Shown here: positions 24,716 to 34,400 of the stretch, one piece after another
Layout: each line of letters begins with the position of its first letter
How positions within the stretch are numbered: the first letter of the stretch is position 1
Source: a virus
Lineage: Duplodnaviria; Caudoviricetes
IMG/VR virus record: IMGVR_UViG_3300037605_000066
Span: 1-41,585 of that record
Length of the DNA stretch: 41,585 nucleotides
Strand: one strand, 5' to 3'
Made by a program: the position numbers and the translations under genes
Notes under the pieces: generated by a model
The model's input: only the letters and a program-made list of their open reading frames with translations
What the model was told of the DNA's origin: nothing
The model's database searches: none

Positions 24716-25303
24716 ATGACAGTCTCCGCTCGCAATCAGGCGGAATTGGGGGAGTTGCTTGGAATCACGCAGCAGGCTGTATCGAAGTTGATTAAGACGC
24801 CGGGTTGGCCGGTGAAGAAGCGGGGGCCATGGTCTACGTCTGAGGTTCGGTCGGTGCTGGATTGGCACGCGACGCTTCGTGAGCAGACGCATCAGGGGGC
24901 GAATGATTCAGTAGGCGGTGGCTCGGCGGCGGAGGTTAGTCTGGCTTTGAAGCAGATGACTGTCTTGCTGCGGAAAGAGCAGCGCGAGAAGGTGAAGCTT
25001 GAGAATGAGATCAAGCGGGGGAAGCTGGTACAGCGTGAGCTGCTGGATCTGTCGTTGGGTGGGATGGCGGATCAGTTTGTGAATGTGATTGAGCAGCTTC
25101 GGATGAACCTGCCTCGCCGGTTTCCGGGGATCGATAAGGATGGGCTGGATCACCTGCTGGATGCGTACCTGCTGAAACTTGCGAACCAGACGGAGATTCA
25201 AGCGCGTAGTGTTGATGATGCGATCGCGGAGGCACGGCGCCGGGCGGCGGCGGATAAGTCGGCGTCGTCCACTAAGAAAACGCGAGGGAGGGCCAAGCGG
25301 TGA
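24716..25303 (+). CDS. terS: Terminase small subunit (Nu1-like)
   Basis: NQAELGELLGITQQAVSKL HTH, LENEIKRGKLV coiled coil; directly before terL. Confidence 0.85.
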   Translation: MTVSARNQAELGELLGITQQAVSKLIKTPGWPVKKRGPWSTSEVRSVLDWHATLREQTHQGANDSVGGGSAAEVSLALKQMTVLLRKEQREKVKLENEIKRGKLVQRELLDLSLGGMADQFVNVIEQLRMNLPRRFPGIDKDGLDHLLDAYLLKLANQTEIQARSVDDAIAEARRRAAADKSASSTKKTRGRAKR

Positions 25304-27348
25304 GCGTGATTGATGGCTCGGGCATGGTGGAGATTGCTGAGGGTATTCGGCGGCGCTTTCGGCCGAAGCCGCGGCTGTCGGTGAGTGAGTGGGCTGAGAA
25401 GCACCCGTTTTGGATCGTGGAGAAGGGCGCGGAGGCGGGGGTGTATGACCTGGGCCGGACGCCATATATGCGTGAGCCGATGGACGCGTGCGGGGATCCT
25501 TCGGTGCGTCGTGCGAATTGGGTGATCTGCCCGCAGGGCGGTAAGACGAAGGCGGCGGAGGTGGTGATCGCCTATCGGCTGGAGTATCGAGCGGGGAATA
25601 TGCTTTACGTTCGTCCGACCGAGCCGGATATTGATGAGGCGTTTCGTGATCGCTTCGCGCCGATGTTGCAGGAGAATTTGCCGCACCTGGTGCCGACGCT
25701 GGGGAAGTGGATGGTGCTGAGCAAGAATCAGCGGATCGAGCTGACCAACGCGATTATCTATGGCGCGGCATCGACGATTGCGCGGCAGTTCACCAGTCGT
25801 ACGACGCCGATGATTTATTACGACGAGACGGACACGGGCGAGGCGACGGGGAACAGCCTGGGCAACGTGCTCGATGTCGCGGACGATCGGCAGATGGCGC
25901 TTGATGATTCGGATGCGTTCACGCTGGGCTCGAGCTCGGCGAAGCTGGACACGGGCTCGAATTGGGTTGCGTATGACGAGCGAAGCGATCGCCGGTCGTA
26001 TTGGGAGCCTTGCCCGGAGTGCGGTATGTATCAGGAACTGCCGGCGGAGAAGGGATTGTTCGATCGGCATTTTGTGACGCTGGATGACGAGCGCGACTCA
26101 GACACGATTTTGCGGGATCGGTTGGCGCGGTTTGTTTGTGCGGGGTGCGGGTGTTTGATTGATGATTCGTGGCAGGGGTGGATGTGTGATCGCGGGGTGT
26201 GGGTGCCGGCGGGTCAGCGGGTTGCGGAGCGTCTGCCGTTGAAGCAGCGGCAGATTGTGGAGCATGATTCGCTGCAGCGGTTGCCGGATGATGATCGGTG
26301 GGTGCCGAAGTTCGAGGGGCCGGAGCCGCGGAACCCGCACCGGGGGTATCGAATCTGGGCGGCGAACATGAAAGCGCCGCAGCGCACCTGGTCGCACATG
26401 CTGGCGCGGTGGTTTCGGGTGACGGCGAAGAAGGATGCGGAGCGGTTGCAGGTGTTCACGAATTCGTGGAAGTCGCTGCCTTGGAAGGCGACGCTGAAGG
26501 GCGTTGATGAGGAAGTCGCGCGGCGACGTGTGGGCGTGTTCAAGCGTGGCCTGGTGCCGAGTCGGGCGAAGGTGTTGATCGGGGCTTATGACTTGCAGGA
26601 GGTGGGAGAGATTCACTGGGCGTTTATGGCCGTCGGTGTGGTGGAGGGTCGGCTGGCTTATTGGTGGATTGATGCGGGTACGCGCGAGGTGGTGGGCGAT
26701 CGGTTCGACCTGGCGTTAGATCAGTTGTATCGAGAGCATTGCACGGGGTGGAGGATCAGCGGGGCCGACCCGCGTTGGCGGATGCGGCCTTACGCGATCG
26801 CGGTCGATACCGGTTGGCGGACTGGGGATGCGTACGAGTTTTCGCGGCGCCCGGGTGTGGTGGCGATCAAGGGTAAGGATGATGCGGGGTTTGTGGTTCG
26901 GCATTCTCAGCCGGAGGGCAAGTTGAACCCGGAGCCGGTGGATCTGTTTACGCTGAACAACAAGACGTTCGGGAACCGGTTGCACGCGCTGCTGATCGAG
27001 CCGCCGGATTCGACGGGCGGGCTGTGGCTGCATGAAGAGGTGACGGATGATGATCTGCGGGAGCTGACGGCGGAGGAGTTGAAGCAGAAGAAGGGGAGCA
27101 CGAAGACGACTTGGCAGGTGAAGACGGTGGGCAGGCCGAACCACAAGACGGACCTTGCGCGGTATATCCTTGGGGTTGTCGAGATTTTGCAGACGACGGG
27201 CGAGCTGAGCGTGATGGCGATGCAGCCTGAGGATGATCCGGTGGGTGTGTATTGTGGGGATGAGCCGGTGTTTACGGAGGGGGAGGACCGGCCAGCGAGT
27301 GATGGGGATGATGGTGAGGCGTATGCGCTGCCGCCTTGGGAGGGCTAA
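25300..27348 (+). CDS. terL: Terminase large subunit (lambda GpA family)
   Basis: LSVSEWAEKH, TPYMREPMD, QGGKT, YYDETD, CPECG/CAGCG, nuclease half with AVDTG, IKG, RPNH. Confidence 0.95.
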   Translation: MSVIDGSGMVEIAEGIRRRFRPKPRLSVSEWAEKHPFWIVEKGAEAGVYDLGRTPYMREPMDACGDPSVRRANWVICPQGGKTKAAEVVIAYRLEYRAGNMLYVRPTEPDIDEAFRDRFAPMLQENLPHLVPTLGKWMVLSKNQRIELTNAIIYGAASTIARQFTSRTTPMIYYDETDTGEATGNSLGNVLDVADDRQMALDDSDAFTLGSSSAKLDTGSNWVAYDERSDRRSYWEPCPECGMYQELPAEKGLFDRHFVTLDDERDSDTILRDRLARFVCAGCGCLIDDSWQGWMCDRGVWVPAGQRVAERLPLKQRQIVEHDSLQRLPDDDRWVPKFEGPEPRNPHRGYRIWAANMKAPQRTWSHMLARWFRVTAKKDAERLQVFTNSWKSLPWKATLKGVDEEVARRRVGVFKRGLVPSRAKVLIGAYDLQEVGEIHWAFMAVGVVEGRLAYWWIDAGTREVVGDRFDLALDQLYREHCTGWRISGADPRWRMRPYAIAVDTGWRTGDAYEFSRRPGVVAIKGKDDAGFVVRHSQPEGKLNPEPVDLFTLNNKTFGNRLHALLIEPPDSTGGLWLHEEVTDDDLRELTAEELKQKKGSTKTTWQVKTVGRPNHKTDLARYILGVVEILQTTGELSVMAMQPEDDPVGVYCGDEPVFTEGEDRPASDGDDGEAYALPPWEG

Positions 27349-27406
27349 GCGATTCGCCCGTTAAAGAAAGTTCCGCCGGGGGTGGTGTTTTTGTGTTGCG
27401 TTGGGG

Positions 27407-27470
27407 TTGACATTGGGTTGGGGGCCGGTGATACTGCCGGTGCACGCCGTCCGCGTTCTAGGGCGGCGTT
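27407..27470 (+). promoter_or_regulatory. Head-operon promoter and conserved leader, copy 2
   Basis: TTGACA-N17-GATACT, then ACGCCGTCCGCGT (27444-27456)-N5-GGCGG-N4-GTG; leader folds as ACGCCGTCC/GGGCGGCGT. Confidence 0.8.
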
Positions 27471-27698
27471 GTGTCTTTATCGACCATTCAAACTCGGATT
27501 AGCGAAGCGGAGACCGCGCGGCATGAGCTGGCGGTTGGTGGTTTGCGTTCGTGGATGGTGAACGGGCGGACGTATACGGCGCACTCGATCGCGGATTTGG
27601 ATGCTTACATTGCGACGTTGAAGGCGGAGCTGGCTGAGGCGGATGACGCTGAGACGGGGTACGGCTTTGTGCCGACGCAGATTGAGAGGGCGTCGTGA
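27471..27698 (+). CDS. gpW-like head completion protein
   Basis: Helix, beta-hairpin (VNGRTYT), LDAYIATLKAEL; between terL and portal. Confidence 0.85.
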   Translation: MSLSTIQTRISEAETARHELAVGGLRSWMVNGRTYTAHSIADLDAYIATLKAELAEADDAETGYGFVPTQIERAS

Positions 27699-29431
27699 GC
27701 GAAGCGGCCCCTAAGCTGGAGGATCTGCAAGCGGACGCTTCGGCGCGGATGATGTCGATCGCGCGTCCTGGTCTGGTTGGTCGGGCGATTGATCGGGTCG
27801 TGGGTGCGCTGAGTCCGTCGATGCTGGCGGCGCGTGAGGAGGCGCGGACGGCGGCGGCGATGGCGGTATTTCAGGCGGCGGAGGTTTCGCGGTTGACGGC
27901 GAGTTGGGACGCGCCGGAGACGAGTGGCGACGGCGCGATGATGGCGGACGCGGGTTTGATGAATGCTCGGGCGCGTGGGGCGCGTCGCGATAATTGGGCG
28001 GTGGCTTCGATTGTGGACAGTTATCGGCGTGACATTGGGTGTCAGACGCCGCGGGCGTCGGCGTTTGATTTGCGGACGAACGAGAAGCTGGTTGAGTTTA
28101 ATCGGCGGCTTGATTTTTGGTGGCGTCGGTGGGCGGCGTCGCCTGGGCTGTGTGATTTTTATGGTCAGCAGTCGCTGTCGGATTTGATGGGTCTGACGGT
28201 TGAGGAGGCGGTGCAGACGGGTCAGGGGTTTGTGGTGCCTTCGATTGAGGATCGCGGCGGGCCTGTGCCTTTGACGTTGGAGTTGTTTGAGTTTGAGCAG
28301 TTGGCGACGGAGTTGTATCGCGCGCCAAACGGGAACGAGATCAAGTTGGGCGTCGAGGTGGATCAGCGTGGCGTGGCGGTGGCGTATCACTTTTATCGTA
28401 AGGGTCATCCGCTGGAGTTGGAGCGTGGCGAGGTTGAGCGGATTCCGGCGGATCGTGTGTTGGTGCTTGCGCAGTTTGATCGGACGCGTTCGGTTTTGCC
28501 GAGCTCGGTGTTGAGTGCGGTGCTGACGTCGGCGCGGTCGCTGGATACGTATCTGAGCTATGAGGACCGCGCGAAGCATATTGAGGCTTGCGTGTCGCTG
28601 CAGTTGCGCAAGGATAAGAGTGCGGGCGGGACGAAGCCGGGTACGGGGATCGGCATGGCGTCGAAGGGGACGCAGGAGACGTTGACGGATACGAATGGTC
28701 GGAAGGTGAGCCGGATGGAGTCGGGGACGATTTACGACCCGCCGCCGGGGATGCACCTGGAGTCGGTTTCGAGTCAGCGGCCGGGCGGTGCGTTTGAGTC
28801 GTATACGCGGACGCGTTCGCAGCATATCGCGGCGGGAGCGAATCGTTCGAAGTCGACCATGACGCGGGACTATACGTCGAGCTACACGGCGGAGCGTCGG
28901 GGCGAGGTCGAGGATTTGAAGGTCAATCGGATGTGGCAGGAGCGTCAGGTGACGCAGTTGTTGATGCCGATTCGCCGGTTGTTTATCGACCTGGCGATCT
29001 TGATGGGGAAGGTTGAGGTGCCGGCGGAGATTCTGCGGGACAAGGATTTGCGTGAGGCGTTGTATGAGACGGAGTGGATGCCGCCGCGGCGTGAGCCGAT
29101 CGATCCGTCGAAGCAGGCGGCGGCGCAGAAGATCCGGCTGGAGCAGCGGTTGACGAATCACGGTCGCGAGCTGAATGAGGAAGGCCGGGATTGGCACGAC
29201 AACTTTGATGATATCGCGGAGCAGGAGGCTTACGCGGAAGAGAAGGGTATTGATATTCCGCGCGGTGGCGGTGGTGTTGATCCGAGCGAGCCACGGCCGC
29301 GGGGGGAGAGTCGTTCGCCCGATGGTGCGGGCGGTGATGAGGATGATGGTGGGGATGACGGGGATGGTGATGATGAGGAGGCGCGTGGTGGTGTTAAGCC
29401 GCAAGCGGCTTTGGCGGGAGGGGTGGCTTGA
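27695..29431 (+). CDS. Portal protein, lambda family
   Basis: ARARGARRDN, GVEVDQRGVAVAYHF, RIPADRVL, DYTSSYTAERR, WMPPRREPIDPSK. Confidence 0.93.
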   Translation: MSEAAPKLEDLQADASARMMSIARPGLVGRAIDRVVGALSPSMLAAREEARTAAAMAVFQAAEVSRLTASWDAPETSGDGAMMADAGLMNARARGARRDNWAVASIVDSYRRDIGCQTPRASAFDLRTNEKLVEFNRRLDFWWRRWAASPGLCDFYGQQSLSDLMGLTVEEAVQTGQGFVVPSIEDRGGPVPLTLELFEFEQLATELYRAPNGNEIKLGVEVDQRGVAVAYHFYRKGHPLELERGEVERIPADRVLVLAQFDRTRSVLPSSVLSAVLTSARSLDTYLSYEDRAKHIEACVSLQLRKDKSAGGTKPGTGIGMASKGTQETLTDTNGRKVSRMESGTIYDPPPGMHLESVSSQRPGGAFESYTRTRSQHIAAGANRSKSTMTRDYTSSYTAERRGEVEDLKVNRMWQERQVTQLLMPIRRLFIDLAILMGKVEVPAEILRDKDLREALYETEWMPPRREPIDPSKQAAAQKIRLEQRLTNHGRELNEEGRDWHDNFDDIAEQEAYAEEKGIDIPRGGGGVDPSEPRPRGESRSPDGAGGDEDDGGDDGDGDDEEARGGVKPQAALAGGVA

Positions 29432-31953
29432 TGCTTGAGCAGTTGATCGCTTTTTTGAGTCAGTGTTTTGCGATGCGTGAGGCGGATTATTCGCAGATTA
29501 GCGCGCGTGTGCCGGTGTTGTTGCGTGATAAGGCGGCGGGTGCGAACGCGATCACGATGCGCAGCGAGCAGGTGAATCCGACGACGATGGTGGGCGATGT
29601 TGCGGTGATCGATGTGGCGGGGCCGCTGTCGAAGCATCCGAGCATTATGCGGTTGTTTGGGTATGAGGATCGCGCGACGCTGGTGGAGATCGAGCAGGCG
29701 GCAAACGCGGCGGCGACGGATAGCAAGGTGCGCGGGGTGATCTTTCGGTTCGATACGCCGGGCGGCACGGTGTCGGGTACGGAGGCGGCGGGTAAGGCGA
29801 TTGCGCGATGTACCGCGGCGAAGCCGACGGTGGGTCTGGTGACGGACATGGCGTGCAGCGCGGGGTATTGGCTGGCGTCGCAGTGCGGGACGATTGTGGC
29901 GAATGCGTCGGCGGATGTGGGGAGCATCGGTGTGGTGGCGGGTTTGTATGACTGGTCGGAAGCGCTGAAGGAGATGGGCGTTGAGCCGATTGTGGCGCGG
30001 AGTACGCCGTTGAAGGGGATTGGGATGCTCGGCGGTGCTGTGTCTGCGGAGCAGCGGGCGGAGCTTGATCGCTGGGTGAAGTCTTCGGCGGATGTGTTTA
30101 TTGCGGCGGTTGCAAGCGGTCGAGGCGTGAGCGAGGACGATGCGCGGAAGTGGGCGACGGCGCAGGTTTGGAGCGGCGTTGAAGCGAAGGCGATGGGTTT
30201 GATTGATGTGGTAGGTGGGTTTGATGAAGCAATGGAAGCGCTGAATCGATCGGGAGGCTCGGGTGTACCGGGTGTTTCGTCGGCGCGGGTGAATATGGTG
30301 GCCGATGGTCGGCCCAAGCATGGAGATCGAACGATGGGTGAATTACTGAGGGCGTATCTGGTGACGCTTGGGCTGGCTGCGAATGCAAGCGAGGCTCAGG
30401 CTTGGGAGAAGTACAACAGTCTGAAGGGCGACGAGCGGACGAAGGCGGACGCGAAGAAGGCGGCGGACGCTGAGGCGGCTGCGCAGCAGGCGCAGGGCGG
30501 CGGCGATGGTGGTGGGCAGCAGAGCAACGCCCAGGCCAACGCGAGCCAGCAGGCAAGTCCGAGCGCGAGCCAGCAGGCTCCGAATCCGCCGAACCAGAAC
30601 CCGCCCGCTGAAGCGGGCTCCGCCGGGTTGGATCGTTCGGCGATTCAGGGGTTTGCGGAGTTGGCGGGGATGCAGGGTCAGGATATGAATCAGTTTGTGG
30701 CTTTGCATACGCTTCGCGGTTCGACCGAGGAGCAGGTGCGTCAGGCTGCGGCGCAGCATTTGGAGGCGGCGATGCCGGCGATTGGATCGAGTCGAACGAC
30801 GGCTGGCGATGACGGGCGCGAGAGCTTTGCGGCGGCTTTGACCGACGTGATGACGGAGCGCATGGGCGGCGAGGTTGACGATCCGCATCCGCGTGTTTCG
30901 GAGATCGAGCATTTGCGGCTGATCGAGATCGGCCGGCGGATGTTGAGCGGTTTGGGTGTTGCGGCTGCGAACACGATGTCGGCTGAGGAGGTCGCGCTTT
31001 GTATGACCAACCGGATTCACCTGAGCGGTCACCTGGGCAGCGTTGCGCTGTCGCACGGTACGTCTGATTTCTCGGGTGTGCTGGGCGCGTCGGCGAACAA
31101 GTCCATGGCGACGATGTTTGACCAGGAGCCGACCACGTATCAAGAGTGGGCGATGAATGATGTGCTGCCGAACACGCTGATCCATACTGAGTATGCGATG
31201 AGCGGTATTCCGCAGCCGCCGCTGGTGCTGGAGGGTCAGGAGTACGGCCTGGCGACGATCGGCGAGAAGGGCGAGACGAAGCAAGTGGCGAAGTACGGTC
31301 TGCGTATTGTGCTGACGCTGGAGATGATCATCAACGACACGCTGGGCGCGTTTAATCAGCGTTTGCTGGACTTTGGCGGCGCTGCGAAGCAGCTGCGGAA
31401 TTATCTGGTGTACGACAAGCTGAATAATCCCGGCACGTCGGCGGAGGATAGCACGGCGTTTTTCCATTCGGATCACAACAACCTGAACAAGCCGAGCGGC
31501 GCTGCGGCTTTGGCCGAGGGCACGCTGGCGGCGATGAAAACGGCGATGCGATTGCAAGAGGGCGTTGATCCGGGGAACGGCGGCACGAAGCGAAAGCTGG
31601 CGATTCGTCCGCAGTTCCTGTTGGTGCCTGAGGAGTTGGCTGATACGGCGGAGCGTTTGGTTGCTTCGGTCGTGAAGGTCGGCGGGACGAACGCTGAGCC
31701 GAACCTGCGGTTCCTGCGCGGTTTGACGCCGATCAGTGATCCGGAGCTGAGCGCGGCGAGTGCGACTGCTTATTACTTGCTGGGTCCGAAGCGTAAGAGT
31801 CCGGTGAAGTCGTTGACTTTGCGGGGTTATGAGCGTCCGACGGTGACGCGGCAGAACCTGAGCCGAACGGACGGTATTGAGTATCAGCTGCGTGACTTCT
31901 GCGGCGCTGCGGCGGTTGAGTACCGCTCGGCGCAGAAGAACGCGGGCGCGTGA
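29431..31953 (+). CDS. S49 prohead protease fused to scaffold linker and major capsid protein
   Basis: DTPGG, ACSAGYWLAS, VGSIGV (S49); Gln/Ala linker; HGTSDF, EGQEY, KYG, EMIIND, FHSDHNNL, PQFLLVP (capsid). Confidence 0.92.
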   Translation: MLEQLIAFLSQCFAMREADYSQISARVPVLLRDKAAGANAITMRSEQVNPTTMVGDVAVIDVAGPLSKHPSIMRLFGYEDRATLVEIEQAANAAATDSKVRGVIFRFDTPGGTVSGTEAAGKAIARCTAAKPTVGLVTDMACSAGYWLASQCGTIVANASADVGSIGVVAGLYDWSEALKEMGVEPIVARSTPLKGIGMLGGAVSAEQRAELDRWVKSSADVFIAAVASGRGVSEDDARKWATAQVWSGVEAKAMGLIDVVGGFDEAMEALNRSGGSGVPGVSSARVNMVADGRPKHGDRTMGELLRAYLVTLGLAANASEAQAWEKYNSLKGDERTKADAKKAADAEAAAQQAQGGGDGGGQQSNAQANASQQASPSASQQAPNPPNQNPPAEAGSAGLDRSAIQGFAELAGMQGQDMNQFVALHTLRGSTEEQVRQAAAQHLEAAMPAIGSSRTTAGDDGRESFAAALTDVMTERMGGEVDDPHPRVSEIEHLRLIEIGRRMLSGLGVAAANTMSAEEVALCMTNRIHLSGHLGSVALSHGTSDFSGVLGASANKSMATMFDQEPTTYQEWAMNDVLPNTLIHTEYAMSGIPQPPLVLEGQEYGLATIGEKGETKQVAKYGLRIVLTLEMIINDTLGAFNQRLLDFGGAAKQLRNYLVYDKLNNPGTSAEDSTAFFHSDHNNLNKPSGAAALAEGTLAAMKTAMRLQEGVDPGNGGTKRKLAIRPQFLLVPEELADTAERLVASVVKVGGTNAEPNLRFLRGLTPISDPELSAASATAYYLLGPKRKSPVKSLTLRGYERPTVTRQNLSRTDGIEYQLRDFCGAAAVEYRSAQKNAGA

Positions 31954-31986
31954 TAAACACCACCGGCGCGAAAGCGCCACACCGCG

Positions 31987-32020
31987 GTGCTGGGCCGTTG
32001 ATTCGGTCCAGTGCTTTTTT
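31987..32020 (+). terminator. Intrinsic terminator after the capsid gene
   Basis: GTGCTGGGCCG-ttgatt-CGGTCCAGTGC plus T6. Confidence 0.7.
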
Positions 32021-32040
32021 AACCTTCACGGAGTGTTGCG

Positions 32041-32346
32041 ATGTCTGACGAAACGAAGAATCTGCCGATCGTTGTGGTGCCCGATGCGGGGTGTGTGATC
32101 GATTCGAAGCGTTTTGAATGCGGCGAGAAGATCGGCGAGGAGTCGCCTGGTGGTCAACTGGTGGCGTGCGTTGATGGTGTGACGCGCGGGAATCTTGTGG
32201 CGCAGTTGCGTCGCGGGGTTGCTCGGGTGGTCGCTGAGGATGCGCCCGCTGAGGACCCGCCCGCTGAAGCGGGCTCCGCGGAGGAGGGTGCTAAGCCGCA
32301 AGCGGCGGGTGGTGCGGCGAAGAAGAAGAGCACGAGGAAGAAGTGA
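32041..32346 (+). CDS. Small head-module protein with repeat-derived C-terminus
   Basis: GGAG RBS; ends DPPAEAGSAEEGAKPQAAGG plus a basic tail. Confidence 0.75.
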   Translation: MSDETKNLPIVVVPDAGCVIDSKRFECGEKIGEESPGGQLVACVDGVTRGNLVAQLRRGVARVVAEDAPAEDPPAEAGSAEEGAKPQAAGGAAKKKSTRKK

Positions 32347-32411
32347 GCGCGGGCCCGGGCGTTCGGGTTTTGCGATTTTGATAGAGCGATTTTGATCATG
32401 GAGATCTTGCG

Positions 32412-32762
32412 ATGAAGAATGCGAATAGTAGCGGGCAGACGATTCAGGTAGCCGCGCCGACGGGCGGATGTACGGCGGGTGCGCCGTTTTTGATTCGGGA
32501 CTTGCTTGTGGTGCCGGTGAATACGGCGGCGCAGGGCGAGTTGGTGACTTGTTACACCGGGCTTTGCGGGGGCGAATATACGTTCGCGGCGGAGGCGGGT
32601 GCGGGTCAGGATTGGGAGCAGGGTGAGAAACTGTATTGGGATGATTCGGAGAGCCGGTACACGGTGACGGCGGCGGATAACACGTTTGCTGGTTTCGCGG
32701 CTGCGGCGAAAGCGACGGCTGCGGCGACGGGTCGTGTGCTGTTGGCTCAGGTTGCTGCTTAG
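32412..32762 (+). CDS. Capsid cement / decoration protein (DUF2190-like)
   Basis: GQTIQVAAP, QGEKLYWDD, DNTFAGFA, GRVLL. Confidence 0.85.
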   Translation: MKNANSSGQTIQVAAPTGGCTAGAPFLIRDLLVVPVNTAAQGELVTCYTGLCGGEYTFAAEAGAGQDWEQGEKLYWDDSESRYTVTAADNTFAGFAAAAKATAAATGRVLLAQVAA

Positions 32763-32780
32763 GTTTGAGGCTCGGGTGAG

Positions 32781-32812
32781 GCCCGGCCCTGCTTCGGCGG
32801 GGCCGGGCTTTT
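32781..32812 (+). terminator. Intrinsic terminator with cUUCGg loop
   Basis: GCCCGGCCCTGC-TTCG-GCGGGGCCGGGC-TTTT. Confidence 0.85.
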
Positions 32813-32858
32813 CCTGATTGTTTGATCCGCCCGTTGAAGCGGGCTCCGCCTGGAGTTG

Positions 32859-33209
32859 ATGTTGCCTGATTTTAATGCGGCGATTTCGCGCGGGGTGGAT
32901 AAGGCGATCGCGGCGAGCGGTTCGGAGGTGACGGTTTACCTGGCGAGTGGTGGAACGATCGTTTGTAAGGCGGTGCCGCAGTACATGGGGATCAAGCTGG
33001 CGAAGGAGACGGGCGGGGAGCGCTCGACGAATCGTCTGGTGCTCGAGGTGGCGAAGGCGAAGTATCCGACGGTGACGGTGAACGCGGACAAGGTGCGGTT
33101 TCCTGGTGAGTGGGTTCGGAAGGCGGATGATTTTGTGACCTGGCGTGTGGCTGGGTTTGAGATGGACGCGACGGCTCCGGGGATGTGGTTGTTGAAGATG
33201 TCGGCATGA
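32859..33209 (+). CDS. Putative head-tail joining protein
   Basis: Size, beta-rich sequence and position. Confidence 0.6.
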   Translation: MLPDFNAAISRGVDKAIAASGSEVTVYLASGGTIVCKAVPQYMGIKLAKETGGERSTNRLVLEVAKAKYPTVTVNADKVRFPGEWVRKADDFVTWRVAGFEMDATAPGMWLLKMSA

Positions 33210-33814
33210 TTGAGAGCAGCATTAAACTTGATCCTCGGCAGGTCCGGCAGGTGCGGCGTGGCTATGACGGTGTTGCGGATGCGCTGCCGAAGGCGATCAA
33301 TCGGGCGGTGCCTGTGGCGGGTCGTAAGGCTCGGGTTCGCGTGGTGAAGGCGCTGCGAGCGAACGTGAATATCGCGCAGAACAAGCTGTATCAGCGGGGG
33401 AATCGTCGTCGGCCGGTGCGTGATCGGGTGTACACGGTGGGCGGGCTGCGTGGGTATCGGTTGACGATCGATAAGGGTCGGATTCCGTTGGGACGCTTCG
33501 CGCCGAAGCAGCACTGGAAGAAGGGGCAGACGCGCGGTCGCGTGCGGACGCGGGTGAGTTATAAGGTTCGTGCGGATGGGGGTCGGCAAAAGATTCATGA
33601 CGCTTTTGCGGTTGAGTTTTCGAGTGGTTACATGGGTATTTTTCGGCGTGCGGGTGCTGCGCGGTTGCCGTTGCAGGAGTTATACGGCCCTTCGGTTCCG
33701 GAGGTGGCTGAGAAGGATTCGGCGGTGCAGCGTGCGATGGATGCGGAGGCTGAGCGGGATTTGGTGACTGAGGTTGAGAGTCGGTTGGACTTCATTTTGT
33801 CGAGGGTGGCTTGA
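33206..33814 (+). CDS. Minor tail protein Z-like (neck) protein
   Basis: KAINRA, IHDAF, GIFRR, RLPLQELYGPSVP; very basic. Confidence 0.85.
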   Translation: MIESSIKLDPRQVRQVRRGYDGVADALPKAINRAVPVAGRKARVRVVKALRANVNIAQNKLYQRGNRRRPVRDRVYTVGGLRGYRLTIDKGRIPLGRFAPKQHWKKGQTRGRVRTRVSYKVRADGGRQKIHDAFAVEFSSGYMGIFRRAGAARLPLQELYGPSVPEVAEKDSAVQRAMDAEAERDLVTEVESRLDFILSRVA

Positions 33815-34398
33815 TGAGCGAGATGCTGACCATTCAGGAGCGGGTTGCTCAGCAGTTGGTGGCGACGATTGACGCGGCGTTGCCGTCGTTTTTGGCGGGT
33901 GAGGTGTCGCTTGGCGTGATGACTTCGGCGGAGCGGGATGAGGCGATCGCGGTGGGGACGCAGCGGTTTGATCCGCGTGGGTTGGATGTTCCTTGGTTTG
34001 TGCCTGTGCTTTTGACGGGTCCTGCGGATAACGAGGACGAATCTACGGGTAGCGGCGCGGGTGGTTTTATCGACATGGCTTTTTCTTATCGCGTCCAGAC
34101 GCAGTACGGGCTAGCGGAGGGTGTTGATTTAGTTGCTGAGCCCGCGCGTGGTGCGGAGCGGATGGGTGCGCGTTGGGTTGGTTTTTTGATTGCGACGCTG
34201 TTGGCTGATCCTTTTGTGATTGAGTCGGGGACGGGTGAGCGGTTGGCGCATGAGGTGGACTTGATCGGGGCGGACACGCCGCGGAGCAAGGTTGATGGTC
34301 AGGTGTATTACGCGCCGGAGGTTGATCTGGTCGTGATGAGTGAAGTGATGCGAAACAATCCCTATCGAGGGGCAGGAAACACGGAAGGTTTGGTGTAG
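33814..34398 (+). CDS. Putative tail terminator
   Basis: Acidic, IQERV start, between the gpZ-like gene and tail tube; position-based. Confidence 0.55.
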   Translation: MSEMLTIQERVAQQLVATIDAALPSFLAGEVSLGVMTSAERDEAIAVGTQRFDPRGLDVPWFVPVLLTGPADNEDESTGSGAGGFIDMAFSYRVQTQYGLAEGVDLVAEPARGAERMGARWVGFLIATLLADPFVIESGTGERLAHEVDLIGADTPRSKVDGQVYYAPEVDLVVMSEVMRNNPYRGAGNTEGLV

Positions 34399-34400
34399 CG

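Larger units (their letters stand above)
3096..32853 (+). repeat. Dispersed repeat family B: GACCCGCCCGCTGAAGCGGGCTCCGCCTGG (stem GCCCGCT-GA-AGCGGGC), about 11 copies
   Basis: Near-full copies at 3096, 3779, 5707, 19454, 30598, 32254, 32824; core or variant copies at 4079, 8100, 9798, 19775; all + strand. Confidence 0.95.
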
